NCBI GenBank assembly: GCA_965219995.1 | Contig: CBDCOX010000002.1 | Location: forward strand, 1,088,001 to 1,152,000 | Direction of reading: 5' to 3' | Origin: Candidatus Latescibacterota bacterium | Lineage (GTDB): Bacteria; Latescibacterota; UBA2968; GCA-2709665 | DNA: 64,000 nt | Part shown: piece by piece, positions 18,602 through 28,039 of the stretch | Layout: the number at the start of each line of letters is the position of its first letter | Position numbering within the stretch: position 1 is the stretch's first letter | The notes under the pieces: generated by a model | Databases searched by the model: none | The model's input: the letters and a program-made list of their open reading frames with translations, nothing else | Told to the model about the DNA's origin: nothing | Made by a program: the position numbers and the translations under genes

Positions 18602-19801
18602 TTACACAATCCCATCTGACGAATCAATTGAAATTCGGCAATTTCCGCCCGGTGCGACAACGCCGAGGACCACGGATCCGGAGGCGCCCGTCGCCGCGGG
18701 CAGATTGCCGGTTCGGCCTTCCACCGACGCATTCGCGAGTACCGCAAAGGCGATCGCCTCCTTTGCCTCCGACGGCACTCCCAGCGCATCCGACTCGCAG
18801 ATATCCATACCCGGAACGGCGCCGCGCAGCATTTCCATCAGAACCGGGTTTCGGGCGCCGCCGCCGCTGACGGCCAATCTCCCCACGGGGATGACAGGCA
18901 CCACAAACCTCGTTAACGCATCCGCAATGCTTCGAGCCGTAAACGCGGTCGCGGTGGCGACAAGATCCTCATCGGGCAAGCGTCCACGCCAGGCCAGGAC
19001 GTCCCGAACCAGCGTTGCGCCGAACGCCTCCCGTCCGGTCGACTTGGGCGGCGCCTCTTTCAGAAAGGGGTGGCGCATCAATTCCGCCAGCAGCGAACCG
19101 GATACATTTCCCGCTGCGGCGTACGAACCATTCTCGTCGTAGGCCAGGCGTCCGCCGGTAAGGACGCCTGTCAGCCCGTCCATCAACATGTTTCCCGGCC
19201 CCGTGTCGAATGCCAGGACATCCTCCGTGCCGCACCCGGCGGGCAGCACGGTGACGTTTGAGATTCCACCGATATTCAGCAATACGCGCCCCTCACACAC
19301 GGACCTGAACAGCAGAAAATCCACGACGGGCACGAGCGGCGCCCCCTGCCCTCCGGCCGCCATGTCGCGCGCCCGAAAATCCGCGACCGTTGTGACGCCT
19401 GTGCGCTCCGCGATCACACTCGGGTCGGCGATCTGCAACGAGGATCGCGTCGTCACACCGAACCCGTGGTATGCATCGGGCAGGTGATGCACGGTCTGTC
19501 CATGCGAACCGATGAGGTCCACGCCGGACATCGCCACGCCGGCCTTTCGGCACACCTTGAAGGCGGATCTGGCAAACCACTCTCCAAGAATGACATTCAG
19601 CCTGCATATATCTCCCGCGTTGCCACTCCGGGCCTCCGACACTTCAAGGATCTCTCTCCGCAATTCCCGCGGGTACGGCAATCCGGTAAACGCGACGAGC
19701 CGGACCCCGGATTCCGAACGTCCGACCTCGACGAGCGCCGCGTCGACCCCATCGGCCGATGTACCGGACATGAGCCCGATCACCCTGCGAAACGCGCTCA
19801 T
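18602..19801 (-). CDS. anmK: Anhydro-N-acetylmuramic acid kinase
   Basis: IGLMSGTSADGVD, GSHGQT, DFRARDMAAGGQGAPL, NIGGISN, FDTGPGN, PKSTGRE, KEAIAFA. Confidence 0.95.
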   Translation of the reverse strand: MSAFRRVIGLMSGTSADGVDAALVEVGRSESGVRLVAFTGLPYPRELRREILEVSEARSGNAGDICRLNVILGEWFARSAFKVCRKAGVAMSGVDLIGSHGQTVHHLPDAYHGFGVTTRSSLQIADPSVIAERTGVTTVADFRARDMAAGGQGAPLVPVVDFLLFRSVCEGRVLLNIGGISNVTVLPAGCGTEDVLAFDTGPGNMLMDGLTGVLTGGRLAYDENGSYAAAGNVSGSLLAELMRHPFLKEAPPKSTGREAFGATLVRDVLAWRGRLPDEDLVATATAFTARSIADALTRFVVPVIPVGRLAVSGGGARNPVLMEMLRGAVPGMDICESDALGVPSEAKEAIAFAVLANASVEGRTGNLPAATGASGSVVLGVVAPGGNCRISIDSSDGIV

Positions 19802-19925
19802 GTACTCCCCTCCATTCTTCACTTGTGACGCCCGGATGCATTGGCAATGATCAGGACGTGCCTTCTCGCAATGCCAACCGATCGTCGGCCCTGTACGGAT
19901 CAGACCCGTCAGTTGCGGCGTCCGG

Positions 19926-20981
19926 TCAACGCCTACCTGAGCCGATATCCAGGTCCGTCGCCCTGCGTACTCCACCAAGGAAATATCGGAAGCCGACCAC
20001 ACCGCGGTAGACCCTGCCGAAGACCTCCCGGTCCGCAACCACGCGTACCCGTTGCGCGTCTCTCCGCCGGCGCAGTATCGCGACCGGGTGAAACAACACC
20101 CACAGCAGACCGCAAAGCGCCGCCGCCGGCCGCTTCCAGTCGCGCTTCACCATTCCGAGAAGCACAGTGCCCAGTTCCATCAGGACCCGCGCCGGAAACA
20201 CCCAGGCCAACGAGAGTGCGGACAGGTTCTTCAACACCATCACCAGCTGGTTCCTGTGATTCAGATAGGCCTTCCGGAAAGCCTTCGCATCCAGAGACCA
20301 GCCGCCATAGTGATAGACGAGCGACTCCGGAACGGATTTCACCCTGTACCCCACAAGATGGAAACGCCAGCACAGATCGATTTCCTCCATGTGCATATAA
20401 AACCCCTCATCCATGAGTCCGGTTTCCCTCAGGCATCCCACACGAAGGAACATTGCGCCGCCAACCGCCCAGAAAATATCCGTCGATCGATCGTACTGAC
20501 CTCGATCCTCCTCGACCGTCTGAAACAACCGGCCCAGACAGAAGGTGTATCCGAGCATGTCCATCATCCCGCCCGCGGCCCCGCCGTAGTCGAATTCGCC
20601 GCGTTCACGGAGCGATCTCACCTTGGGCTGGCACACGCCTACCCGCGGGTCGGCTTCCATTGCGGCCAACAGCGGCGGCAACCAGCCATCGGCGACTTCT
20701 ACATCGTTATTCAGCAGCATCGCAAATTCTCCGCGCGCCACCTCCAGCCCGCGGTTACAACCCGCACCCATACCCTTCCCGCCCCCGACGCTCACGACCC
20801 GGATTCCCGGAAACCGCGCCTGCGCACGCTGCAGACTTCCGTCGTCGTACGGCCGGTCGTCGGCGACGATGACCTCGAACGGCACGCCGGTCGTTCTCGA
20901 ATACAGGAAATCCAGGCACGTCAGAAGTACATCCCCCAGAAAATGCGGCACGATCACAGACACGACGGGGTCAGGGGCCAT
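19926..20981 (-). CDS. Glycosyltransferase family 2 (WbbL-like)
   Basis: VSVIVP, LLNNDVEV, WAVGGAM, HMEEIDLCWR. Confidence 0.9.
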   Translation of the reverse strand: MAPDPVVSVIVPHFLGDVLLTCLDFLYSRTTGVPFEVIVADDRPYDDGSLQRAQARFPGIRVVSVGGGKGMGAGCNRGLEVARGEFAMLLNNDVEVADGWLPPLLAAMEADPRVGVCQPKVRSLRERGEFDYGGAAGGMMDMLGYTFCLGRLFQTVEEDRGQYDRSTDIFWAVGGAMFLRVGCLRETGLMDEGFYMHMEEIDLCWRFHLVGYRVKSVPESLVYHYGGWSLDAKAFRKAYLNHRNQLVMVLKNLSALSLAWVFPARVLMELGTVLLGMVKRDWKRPAAALCGLLWVLFHPVAILRRRRDAQRVRVVADREVFGRVYRGVVGFRYFLGGVRRATDLDIGSGRR

Positions 20982-23412
20982 CGATCGCCTCCTGACGTCG
21001 GACCCGCTGCCGCAAGTTCTCCAGTGCCCTGGAGACCTCCCGGTCCGCGGGCGTCAACTGCAGGAGGGATTCCAGATCCGCGGCGGCGCCCTTAAGGTCT
21101 CCAGTACGTTCCCTGGACGCGGCCCTGTTAAAAAGGGCGCGCTCGACGCCGACATTGGCGTCGATCATCCGGGTATAGAGGACGATTGCCGCATCGTAAC
21201 GGCCTATTCGCATCTGCAGCTCCGCCACGGCGCCCAGACGCGTTTCTTCGTCGATCTGCCGTGAGTCCAGCACCACATTCAGCAACCGCTGTGCCTCCTC
21301 AGGTCGATCCAATCGATGCATCAGTTCGGCCATCAACACGAACCCCTGCCAGTGCTCGGGCGGCAGCGCGCGCGCCTCGCAGAATTGCAGAACCTTGTAG
21401 GCGCCGTCCCGGTCACCCCGTTCTGCCATCGCTTCCGCAAGGTGAAGGAACACCGCCGGATAATTGGCGAGCAGGTTCCGCGCGGTCCGATTGCGATGCA
21501 CCTCCGGGTCCGGCACGCCACGATACCGATAGAGGTCCAGCAAGTGCATTCTGGTTTTCTGTACGTTGACCGGCGCGGCTTTTCGCCCCGACAGGCGAAA
21601 CACCAACCCTTCCATCTCGAGGAAATCATGCAATCCCATCCTGTTGTCAACCGGCACGGTCAGCGCGAAATATACCGGTCTCTTCCACTGGTTCCAATCC
21701 ACAATCTTCAATACCATGACATCCTGTACCCGCAATACCCTGCCGGGTATTCCCCGGACGGTCCATTTCAGCCCGGCCGCCTGGACGTCGCGGCCCTCCG
21801 GCCAGAACCGCCCGGACTGCCTCACCGCCATCGGCGTATGGACGGTCAATACCTGATCGATATAGTCGTCCGTGTACCGAATGGGGACCTTCGGCGCCAG
21901 ATCCCTCAACTGCTTGATATACCAGGGGGTATTCAGCAAGCTCAGGTTCACCACGCGGACGTCCTTTCGGAGCCCCATCACCTCCTGCTGGAACCATAGC
22001 GGGAAACTGTCGTTATCCGCGTTTGTAAACAGGATCGCGTCGGGGTCGCAGGAATTCAGGATATTCGCCGCGTAGTCGTACGCAAAGCGGTTCCCGGTCC
22101 GGTCGTGGGTCGGGTAGAGGCTCGCGGCCAACCCGCCCGGCATCGCGAGCAGAAGGCAGGCCGCAGCAGTCGCCGGGGCCCTGCCGCGAAAGCGGTACAC
22201 GCCGCGCGTTACAGCCGACGCACCGATACCCATCCACACCGCGAACAACCCGAAGGACCCCACGAAAACGTAATCGCGTTCCCTCGGCTGCGGGTCTTCC
22301 ATGTTGAGATAAACCGACAGCCCGATGCCCGAAAGCACGAAAAGCGCGGCAAAAGCCACGAAGCGACCGCGGTCGCGGCGCCAGTGTTTCCACATGCCAA
22401 AGCATCCGAGGAGATACGGAATGACTGAGATTCGAACAAGCTGCACCTCGTGGGAGGTTGCCTGCCGGAAAGCGTCCGACACGAACCGCAGCCCCGGCAC
22501 CGGAAACTGCGCGACGAAGTACTTTATGTACATCGTCAGGATCTGGAAGTCCCAGAATGGCGCCTTCCGGTCGAATATACCCAGCAGCATACTTTCCGCA
22601 CCGTATTGTTCACGGGTCAGAAACTTGATGAAATTGCTCCACGTCTCCGGATTATTCTCGTCAATCATGGGATTCAGCCCCGACCGGATGTAGAGCGAGG
22701 CGTACGTCGAGTACCCCACAACGAACAGGAGTGTCGCGTATGCCCAGATTCGCGGGTCTCTCAATATCCGGGGCTTCCGAATCCAGATCAAACCGAGCAA
22801 CGTGGGCACGGTCAAGAGACACAGCAGGTGTACGCCGCCCGCGAGGCCCATCAGATAGGCGGTAAACAACGGTATCCGGTGACGGTCTCCGTCATCGGCG
22901 CGATCCATCCATCTCAACCCAAGCCAGAGGGACAACGTCATCAGCATCGTGGAGAAACCGTACACCTCGGTCTCTACGGCATTGTACCAGAAGGTGTCCG
23001 AAAAAGCCAGCATCAGCGCGGCCACGCCGCCTCCGACCGCACGGGACACATATTGTATACGCCCCTCGCCGCCTTCCCGACACAGTAGGATCAGGCGGAC
23101 CGTGATCAGATACACGAACAGTACCGCGAGCGCGCTCGTAATTACCGAGATGAGATTCATGGGAAACGCGGGGTCGCCGCCGACCGGCAACAACGTAAAC
23201 AGACGGCCGATCAGCAAATAGAGCGGCGCGCCCGGCGGGTGCGGTATGCCCAGCGAATACGCGCACGCGACAAATTCCCCCGAGTCCCAGAACGAAACCG
23301 TCGGGGCCGCTGTCCGGACAAACACCGCCAGCGAAATCAGAGAGACGCCTGCGGCGCCCATCCGTATGAGACCGCGTCCGGCGGACGGATCGTCTGAAAG
23401 TCGCCCGGTCAA
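20971..23412 (-). CDS. DUF2723 / TMEM260-like GT-C membrane glycosyltransferase with C-terminal TPRs
   Basis: APTVSFWDSGEF, GIPHPPGAPLY, FSDTFWYNAVETEVY, QPRERDYVF, FTNADNDSFPLW, VVNLSLLNTPWYI and a helical-repeat tail. Confidence 0.88.
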   Translation of the reverse strand: MTGRLSDDPSAGRGLIRMGAAGVSLISLAVFVRTAAPTVSFWDSGEFVACAYSLGIPHPPGAPLYLLIGRLFTLLPVGGDPAFPMNLISVITSALAVLFVYLITVRLILLCREGGEGRIQYVSRAVGGGVAALMLAFSDTFWYNAVETEVYGFSTMLMTLSLWLGLRWMDRADDGDRHRIPLFTAYLMGLAGGVHLLCLLTVPTLLGLIWIRKPRILRDPRIWAYATLLFVVGYSTYASLYIRSGLNPMIDENNPETWSNFIKFLTREQYGAESMLLGIFDRKAPFWDFQILTMYIKYFVAQFPVPGLRFVSDAFRQATSHEVQLVRISVIPYLLGCFGMWKHWRRDRGRFVAFAALFVLSGIGLSVYLNMEDPQPRERDYVFVGSFGLFAVWMGIGASAVTRGVYRFRGRAPATAAACLLLAMPGGLAASLYPTHDRTGNRFAYDYAANILNSCDPDAILFTNADNDSFPLWFQQEVMGLRKDVRVVNLSLLNTPWYIKQLRDLAPKVPIRYTDDYIDQVLTVHTPMAVRQSGRFWPEGRDVQAAGLKWTVRGIPGRVLRVQDVMVLKIVDWNQWKRPVYFALTVPVDNRMGLHDFLEMEGLVFRLSGRKAAPVNVQKTRMHLLDLYRYRGVPDPEVHRNRTARNLLANYPAVFLHLAEAMAERGDRDGAYKVLQFCEARALPPEHWQGFVLMAELMHRLDRPEEAQRLLNVVLDSRQIDEETRLGAVAELQMRIGRYDAAIVLYTRMIDANVGVERALFNRAASRERTGDLKGAAADLESLLQLTPADREVSRALENLRQRVRRQEAIDGP

Positions 23413-23512
23413 CCGTGTGTCCTCGATTTAGTCATAGGGAACCGCTCCCGTTCTTCAGACGCCGCCGGGCCGTATGGGTTCAATGCGCATCAGGGAAAAG
23501 TTCATCTCCACG

Positions 23513-24961
23513 TCATTCCGGTCCGGATTGCCAAGCCTCTTCTTCCACATCCCCGCCCGACGTTTTCGCGACGGCGCCTGTCTCCGAATCTTCGGGAGCT
23601 TCGATGACACGCATTGATTTCCACTTGCCGCCCCGGAACCGCATCATAAAGATCAAGCCGCCCGCGACAAGATAGAGACTGATGAAAACCCAGGCGAAGT
23701 AAAGACCCCAGCCAAACGTCACGACCGACAGGTAGGTCGGCAGGACCATCACAAACCAGCCGAGCGCTACCGATACAAACATGACAAACCGCGTATCTCC
23801 CGCACCCTTCACGCCGGCCGAGAAGACGATATAGAGTGCATCGAACACGCAGTAGAACGCAACGAACCGCAACAGGACGACGGAAATCTCCCAGACCTGC
23901 TCGAACGTCTCGGGATCGGCGCCGGAAATATACGGCCGAAGAAAGAGACCCGGCGCGAAGACATACCCTGCGGCCATCACAAGCATATACGCCAGGCTGA
24001 GATGCGCCGCCGACCACGTGCTGCGTTCTGCCAGGTCCGCCCTGTCCTTGCCCAGGTATTGCCCGACGAGCGTTGAAACCGCGATGCCCAGACCCATCAT
24101 CGGCAGGAACGCGAGGGTATTGACGTTGAACGTCACACTCGTGGCCGCCAGCGCCGTCGTTCCCAGTTTCCCGACCAGAAGGATGAACATCGAAAAGCCC
24201 AGGATCTCCAGCATGAATTGAACGCCGTTCGGCAAACCGAAACGCACAAGCCTGCGTAACAACCCGCTTTCCGGCCGCCAACCGCTCAACGTGTGGAATT
24301 CGCTTCGGTATCGGGGCCGCATCATCAGGATGAAGAACACAACGGGGATCAGGAGGTGAGATACGACCGACGCCCAGGCGGCTCCTCGAATGCCCCATTC
24401 GGGGAATCCCCAGTGACCGAATATCCACGCATAGTCCAGGACGACGTTCAGACCGTTCGCAAGCAAATTCACCCACATGACCGTCCGTGTGTCCCCGCGC
24501 CCGCTGAAAAACGAGGAGATCGCAACCCCGGTGATCCCCGGCCCCATGAAGCACAGAATTCTGAAATACTCCGCCTCCAGTGCGCGTATCCGCGGCTCGT
24601 GCCCCGCCCACTCGAATATATGAGCGGAAAAAGGCATCAGACACAGGATGAACCCGCCGGAGGCAAGACCGACATAGATCCCCTGCCACACCGCCGGGCC
24701 CACCCTGTCACGCCGGTCCGCCCCCCAGTACTGGGCGACGAATGTGTTCACGTAGGCAACCGTACCGATGAACAGGCTAGAGAAGGTGAACTGCATCATG
24801 CCCGCCGGCAGACTGGCCGCCAGTACGTCCCGGCTGTACCAGCTCAGGAATACCCGATCCACAAAGATCTGCAGGCTCCACGATCCCGTGCTCAGAATGA
24901 GCGGCGCCGCCATTCGCAGCACATCCCTGTAGCCGCCAGGTTCATGCCATCGGGAGATCAT
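23513..24961 (-). CDS. MATE family efflux transporter
   Basis: About 12 TM segments, FVAQYWGA, FFSGRGDTR, GIRGAAWAS, VGQYLG, GAGDTRF. Confidence 0.92.
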   Translation of the reverse strand: MISRWHEPGGYRDVLRMAAPLILSTGSWSLQIFVDRVFLSWYSRDVLAASLPAGMMQFTFSSLFIGTVAYVNTFVAQYWGADRRDRVGPAVWQGIYVGLASGGFILCLMPFSAHIFEWAGHEPRIRALEAEYFRILCFMGPGITGVAISSFFSGRGDTRTVMWVNLLANGLNVVLDYAWIFGHWGFPEWGIRGAAWASVVSHLLIPVVFFILMMRPRYRSEFHTLSGWRPESGLLRRLVRFGLPNGVQFMLEILGFSMFILLVGKLGTTALAATSVTFNVNTLAFLPMMGLGIAVSTLVGQYLGKDRADLAERSTWSAAHLSLAYMLVMAAGYVFAPGLFLRPYISGADPETFEQVWEISVVLLRFVAFYCVFDALYIVFSAGVKGAGDTRFVMFVSVALGWFVMVLPTYLSVVTFGWGLYFAWVFISLYLVAGGLIFMMRFRGGKWKSMRVIEAPEDSETGAVAKTSGGDVEEEAWQSGPE

Positions 24962-25116
24962 GGAAACCTCATCGGACCCGGCCCGGGCCATGGTCGACGG
25001 TTCCCGCGCGCCGCCGGACAGGCAGGGCGCGCCGCGGCGAAGAAGTGAAAACACATCGATGGACGGCGTTATAGGAGGGCGGTGCGGGCGGTTGCAACAT
25101 TTGAGCGATTTTTCTC

Positions 25117-25145
25117 TTGTCGGGCATTGACGTCGATGGTAGATT
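25117..25145 (+). promoter_or_regulatory. Putative sigma70 promoter with a palindrome in the spacer
   Basis: TTGTCG-N17-TAGATT; near-perfect palindrome CATTGACGTCGATG at 25125-25138. Confidence 0.35.
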
Positions 25146-25197
25146 CGCTGACCGGAACGGGCCGGCCAACCCACAAACTCATCCCCGGGGCCATGAC

Positions 25198-26571
25198 ATG
25201 ATTTACGACGTCGTCATCATAGGCGGAGGTAGCGCGGGCTATGCCGCCGCTCGCGTGGCCGCGGACAACGGCGCCAGCGTCGCCGTTGTCGACAAGGGTC
25301 CGCTCGGCGGCCTTTGCATCCTGCGCGGCTGCATGCCCTCCAAGACGCTGCTCCGAAGTTCGGATCTTTTGTCGCTGATGAAACGGGCCGGAGAATTCGG
25401 CCTGAACGCCCGCGAAGTCACGCCGGACCTGGCCGCCATCAACGACCGAAAACGCAGGCTGGTGGACGAATTCGCAGAGTACAGGGTTGCGCAGCTCAAC
25501 AGCCCGGAATTCACACTGATTGAGGGACGTGCGCGGTTCGAATCGCCGAACGCCGTTCGCGTTGGCTCGACGAGGGTCCGCGGACGGCGTTTCGTCATTT
25601 CCGTGGGTTCCGTAGTCAGCAAGGTCTCCGTTCCCGGGCTGAACGACGCCGGCTTTCTCACAAGCGACGACGTCCTGGAACTTCGGAAACTTCCCGAATC
25701 CGTCATCGTGCTGGGAGGGGGCGCCGTCGCAACCGAACTTGGCCAGTTCCTGTGCCGGATGGGGGCCCGGACCACGCTGATACAGAGAAACAGCCAGTTG
25801 ATCAGCGCCTGCGATCCGGACATGGTCCGCCCGGTGGAGACCCGATTCAGAGAAGAAGGCATGCAGGTATTCACGGGCACCTCCCTCCAGCGTGTCTCCA
25901 GAACAGGTGACCGTACCACCGTCCACTTCCTTCACCGCGGGGAGCCTCGTACAGCCACGGCCGCGATTGTCTTCAATGCATTGGGACGCGTGCCGGACCT
26001 CGCCGGCCTGGCGCTGGAACGCGCGGGCGTTGACGTCGAGAACGGACGAATCGTCGCCAGCGATCTCATGCAGACCAGCGCGGAGCACGTCTTCGCCGCG
26101 GGAGACTGCGTGGGTCCTTACGAAATCGTACATATCGCCGTGTTGCAGGGTGAGATTTGTGGTCACAATGCGGTGGCGGAAGTGCCCGACAAGAAAATCG
26201 ACTATCGCCTGCGGACGTCGGTCGTCTTCACCGATCCGCAGGTGGCCTCGGTCGGGCCGACGGAACGAGAGTGCAGGAACGCGGGCATTGCCTATCTGTC
26301 GGCAGAATATCCGTTCAGCGATCATGGCAAGTCGCTTGTGATGGGAGAAACGCACGGCGCCGTGAAGATCCTCTGCCATCCGGAAAGCGGCGAACTCATC
26401 GCCGGTCATATCACAGGTCCGGAGGCTTCCGAGCTCATCCATGAGCTCGCCGCGGTAATCTACTACCGGGGCACCGTATTCGATCTCCTCGAAATTCCAC
26501 ACTACCATCCAACGCTCGCCGAGATCATCACCTACCCTGCGGAAGAACTCGCCGGCAACCTGGCCCGCTAG
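25198..26571 (+). CDS. Dihydrolipoyl dehydrogenase-family pyridine nucleotide-disulfide oxidoreductase
   Basis: IIGGGSAG, GGLCILRGCMPSK, FAAGDC, C-terminal HPTLAE; no MerA-type terminal CC. Confidence 0.9.
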   Translation: MIYDVVIIGGGSAGYAAARVAADNGASVAVVDKGPLGGLCILRGCMPSKTLLRSSDLLSLMKRAGEFGLNAREVTPDLAAINDRKRRLVDEFAEYRVAQLNSPEFTLIEGRARFESPNAVRVGSTRVRGRRFVISVGSVVSKVSVPGLNDAGFLTSDDVLELRKLPESVIVLGGGAVATELGQFLCRMGARTTLIQRNSQLISACDPDMVRPVETRFREEGMQVFTGTSLQRVSRTGDRTTVHFLHRGEPRTATAAIVFNALGRVPDLAGLALERAGVDVENGRIVASDLMQTSAEHVFAAGDCVGPYEIVHIAVLQGEICGHNAVAEVPDKKIDYRLRTSVVFTDPQVASVGPTERECRNAGIAYLSAEYPFSDHGKSLVMGETHGAVKILCHPESGELIAGHITGPEASELIHELAAVIYYRGTVFDLLEIPHYHPTLAEIITYPAEELAGNLAR

Positions 26572-26589
26572 AACTTCATTGACGGACCG

Positions 26590-27951
26590 TCACCCTCGCC
26601 CGGCACGGCGCCCCGGCTCGTTCAGGCGGTGCACGAAGAAAACGGTCAGCGGCACGAACGCCAGGGCGATCCAGAACATGGGCCGATACGAAATCCACGC
26701 CACGAGCAAACCTGCCAGCACCGGCAGAAACCCCTGAGGCAATGCAAACATGTTCAGAAAGCTGGTATACGTGGGACGACGGTTTTCCGGCGCGAGTTCC
26801 AGCACGTACGCCATACGGCCGTTGAACATCGCGCTGCTGGCGAACCCTGAAAACACAAACGTAAGAGAAAAAAATACGACCTGCGGATTCAACGACCACG
26901 CGACGCCCCAGCTCGCCAGAGGCGCGATGTCGATCGACGGCACGTGTATGGCCAGCAGGGGCACGGCGACGGACAACGCCATCAGATAGGACCCGTACAC
27001 CAGCAACGCACGGTTGCCGCTTCGATGCCCTACATGCGCCCAGAGCGCATTCGACAGCACGGTGCTGATCTGCATGACTGAAACAAATGCGCCGACATAG
27101 ACCAGCCCCAGGCCCAGGTCGGTTATCGCGTAGGGGACATAAAATGGCGCGCCCATCATCATAAAGGACCACAGGACCTGCATCCCGCACAACCGACGGT
27201 AGTCGACATCGTCTCTCAGCAACCGCATCCCGCTGTTCAGATAGCTGGAGATCGGCTGTCGGAGATACCGCACCGGACCCACCGGTTCCCGAATTCTGCT
27301 GAATACGAAGACCGAGAGCGCGTTTCCGAGACCCGCCAGCAGAAACAGCGCCGCATAGTTCGACGGAAACGGAATCCCGGTCTGCTCGCTGAGTACGTAC
27401 GAAATCAGTCCCCCCGCCGCCATGGCCGTAATGCCCCCGCATAGCCGACGTACGGCGAACAGACGCGACCGGTCGCCGGGCGGGACGACCTTTGCGACGA
27501 TATCCATCCACGGGACATTCCATATTCCCATCATGGACGTGGATATCGCGTAAAGGACCATGAAACAGCAAAGAAAGTAAAAGGGCTGACGACCTCCCAT
27601 CAGGTACGTCAGCCCCGCGATCACCAGCCAGACGGAACTGCGCATCCCGCCTGCCAGAAGCAGAAAGGGCATTTTGCGTTTTCTGATTTCGATAATCCGG
27701 GAAATGAACACCTGAGGCCACGCCCACCCGATCCGCATCAGGGCCCCGGTCAGTCCGATCGCGACACTCGAGGACGTCAGCGACTGCACGAAAGCCGGAA
27801 GCACCATATCCGGACTGGCGAGTGTCATCGACATGAAGACCAGGCCGCCGTTCAGAATCAGGAGCCGGCTGTTCCGGCGCACCTCCGCGGGGTCCGTTTC
27901 CCCGGACTCGGCCGCCGCCCGCCTCCAGTGCGCAGATGAGAATTCTCTCAT
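26590..27951 (-). CDS. MFS transporter
   Basis: About 12 hydrophobic segments, PWMDIVAKVVP, ELAPENRRPTY. Confidence 0.85.
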   Translation of the reverse strand: MREFSSAHWRRAAAESGETDPAEVRRNSRLLILNGGLVFMSMTLASPDMVLPAFVQSLTSSSVAIGLTGALMRIGWAWPQVFISRIIEIRKRKMPFLLLAGGMRSSVWLVIAGLTYLMGGRQPFYFLCCFMVLYAISTSMMGIWNVPWMDIVAKVVPPGDRSRLFAVRRLCGGITAMAAGGLISYVLSEQTGIPFPSNYAALFLLAGLGNALSVFVFSRIREPVGPVRYLRQPISSYLNSGMRLLRDDVDYRRLCGMQVLWSFMMMGAPFYVPYAITDLGLGLVYVGAFVSVMQISTVLSNALWAHVGHRSGNRALLVYGSYLMALSVAVPLLAIHVPSIDIAPLASWGVAWSLNPQVVFFSLTFVFSGFASSAMFNGRMAYVLELAPENRRPTYTSFLNMFALPQGFLPVLAGLLVAWISYRPMFWIALAFVPLTVFFVHRLNEPGRRAGRG

Positions 27952-28039
27952 GCCGGTTGCTTCCGTCCCTCAGACGCCCCGGGAGCCGGGCAGGTCCCCC
28001 TCTCCTTTAAAGACTCTCGTCGGCGCGCCGCGGGACGTC

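Noticed and set aside
25198-26571. Mercuric reductase MerA
   Set aside because: No C-terminal Cys-Cys pair, no NmerA domain and no mer genes nearby; it has an Lpd-type HPTxxE.
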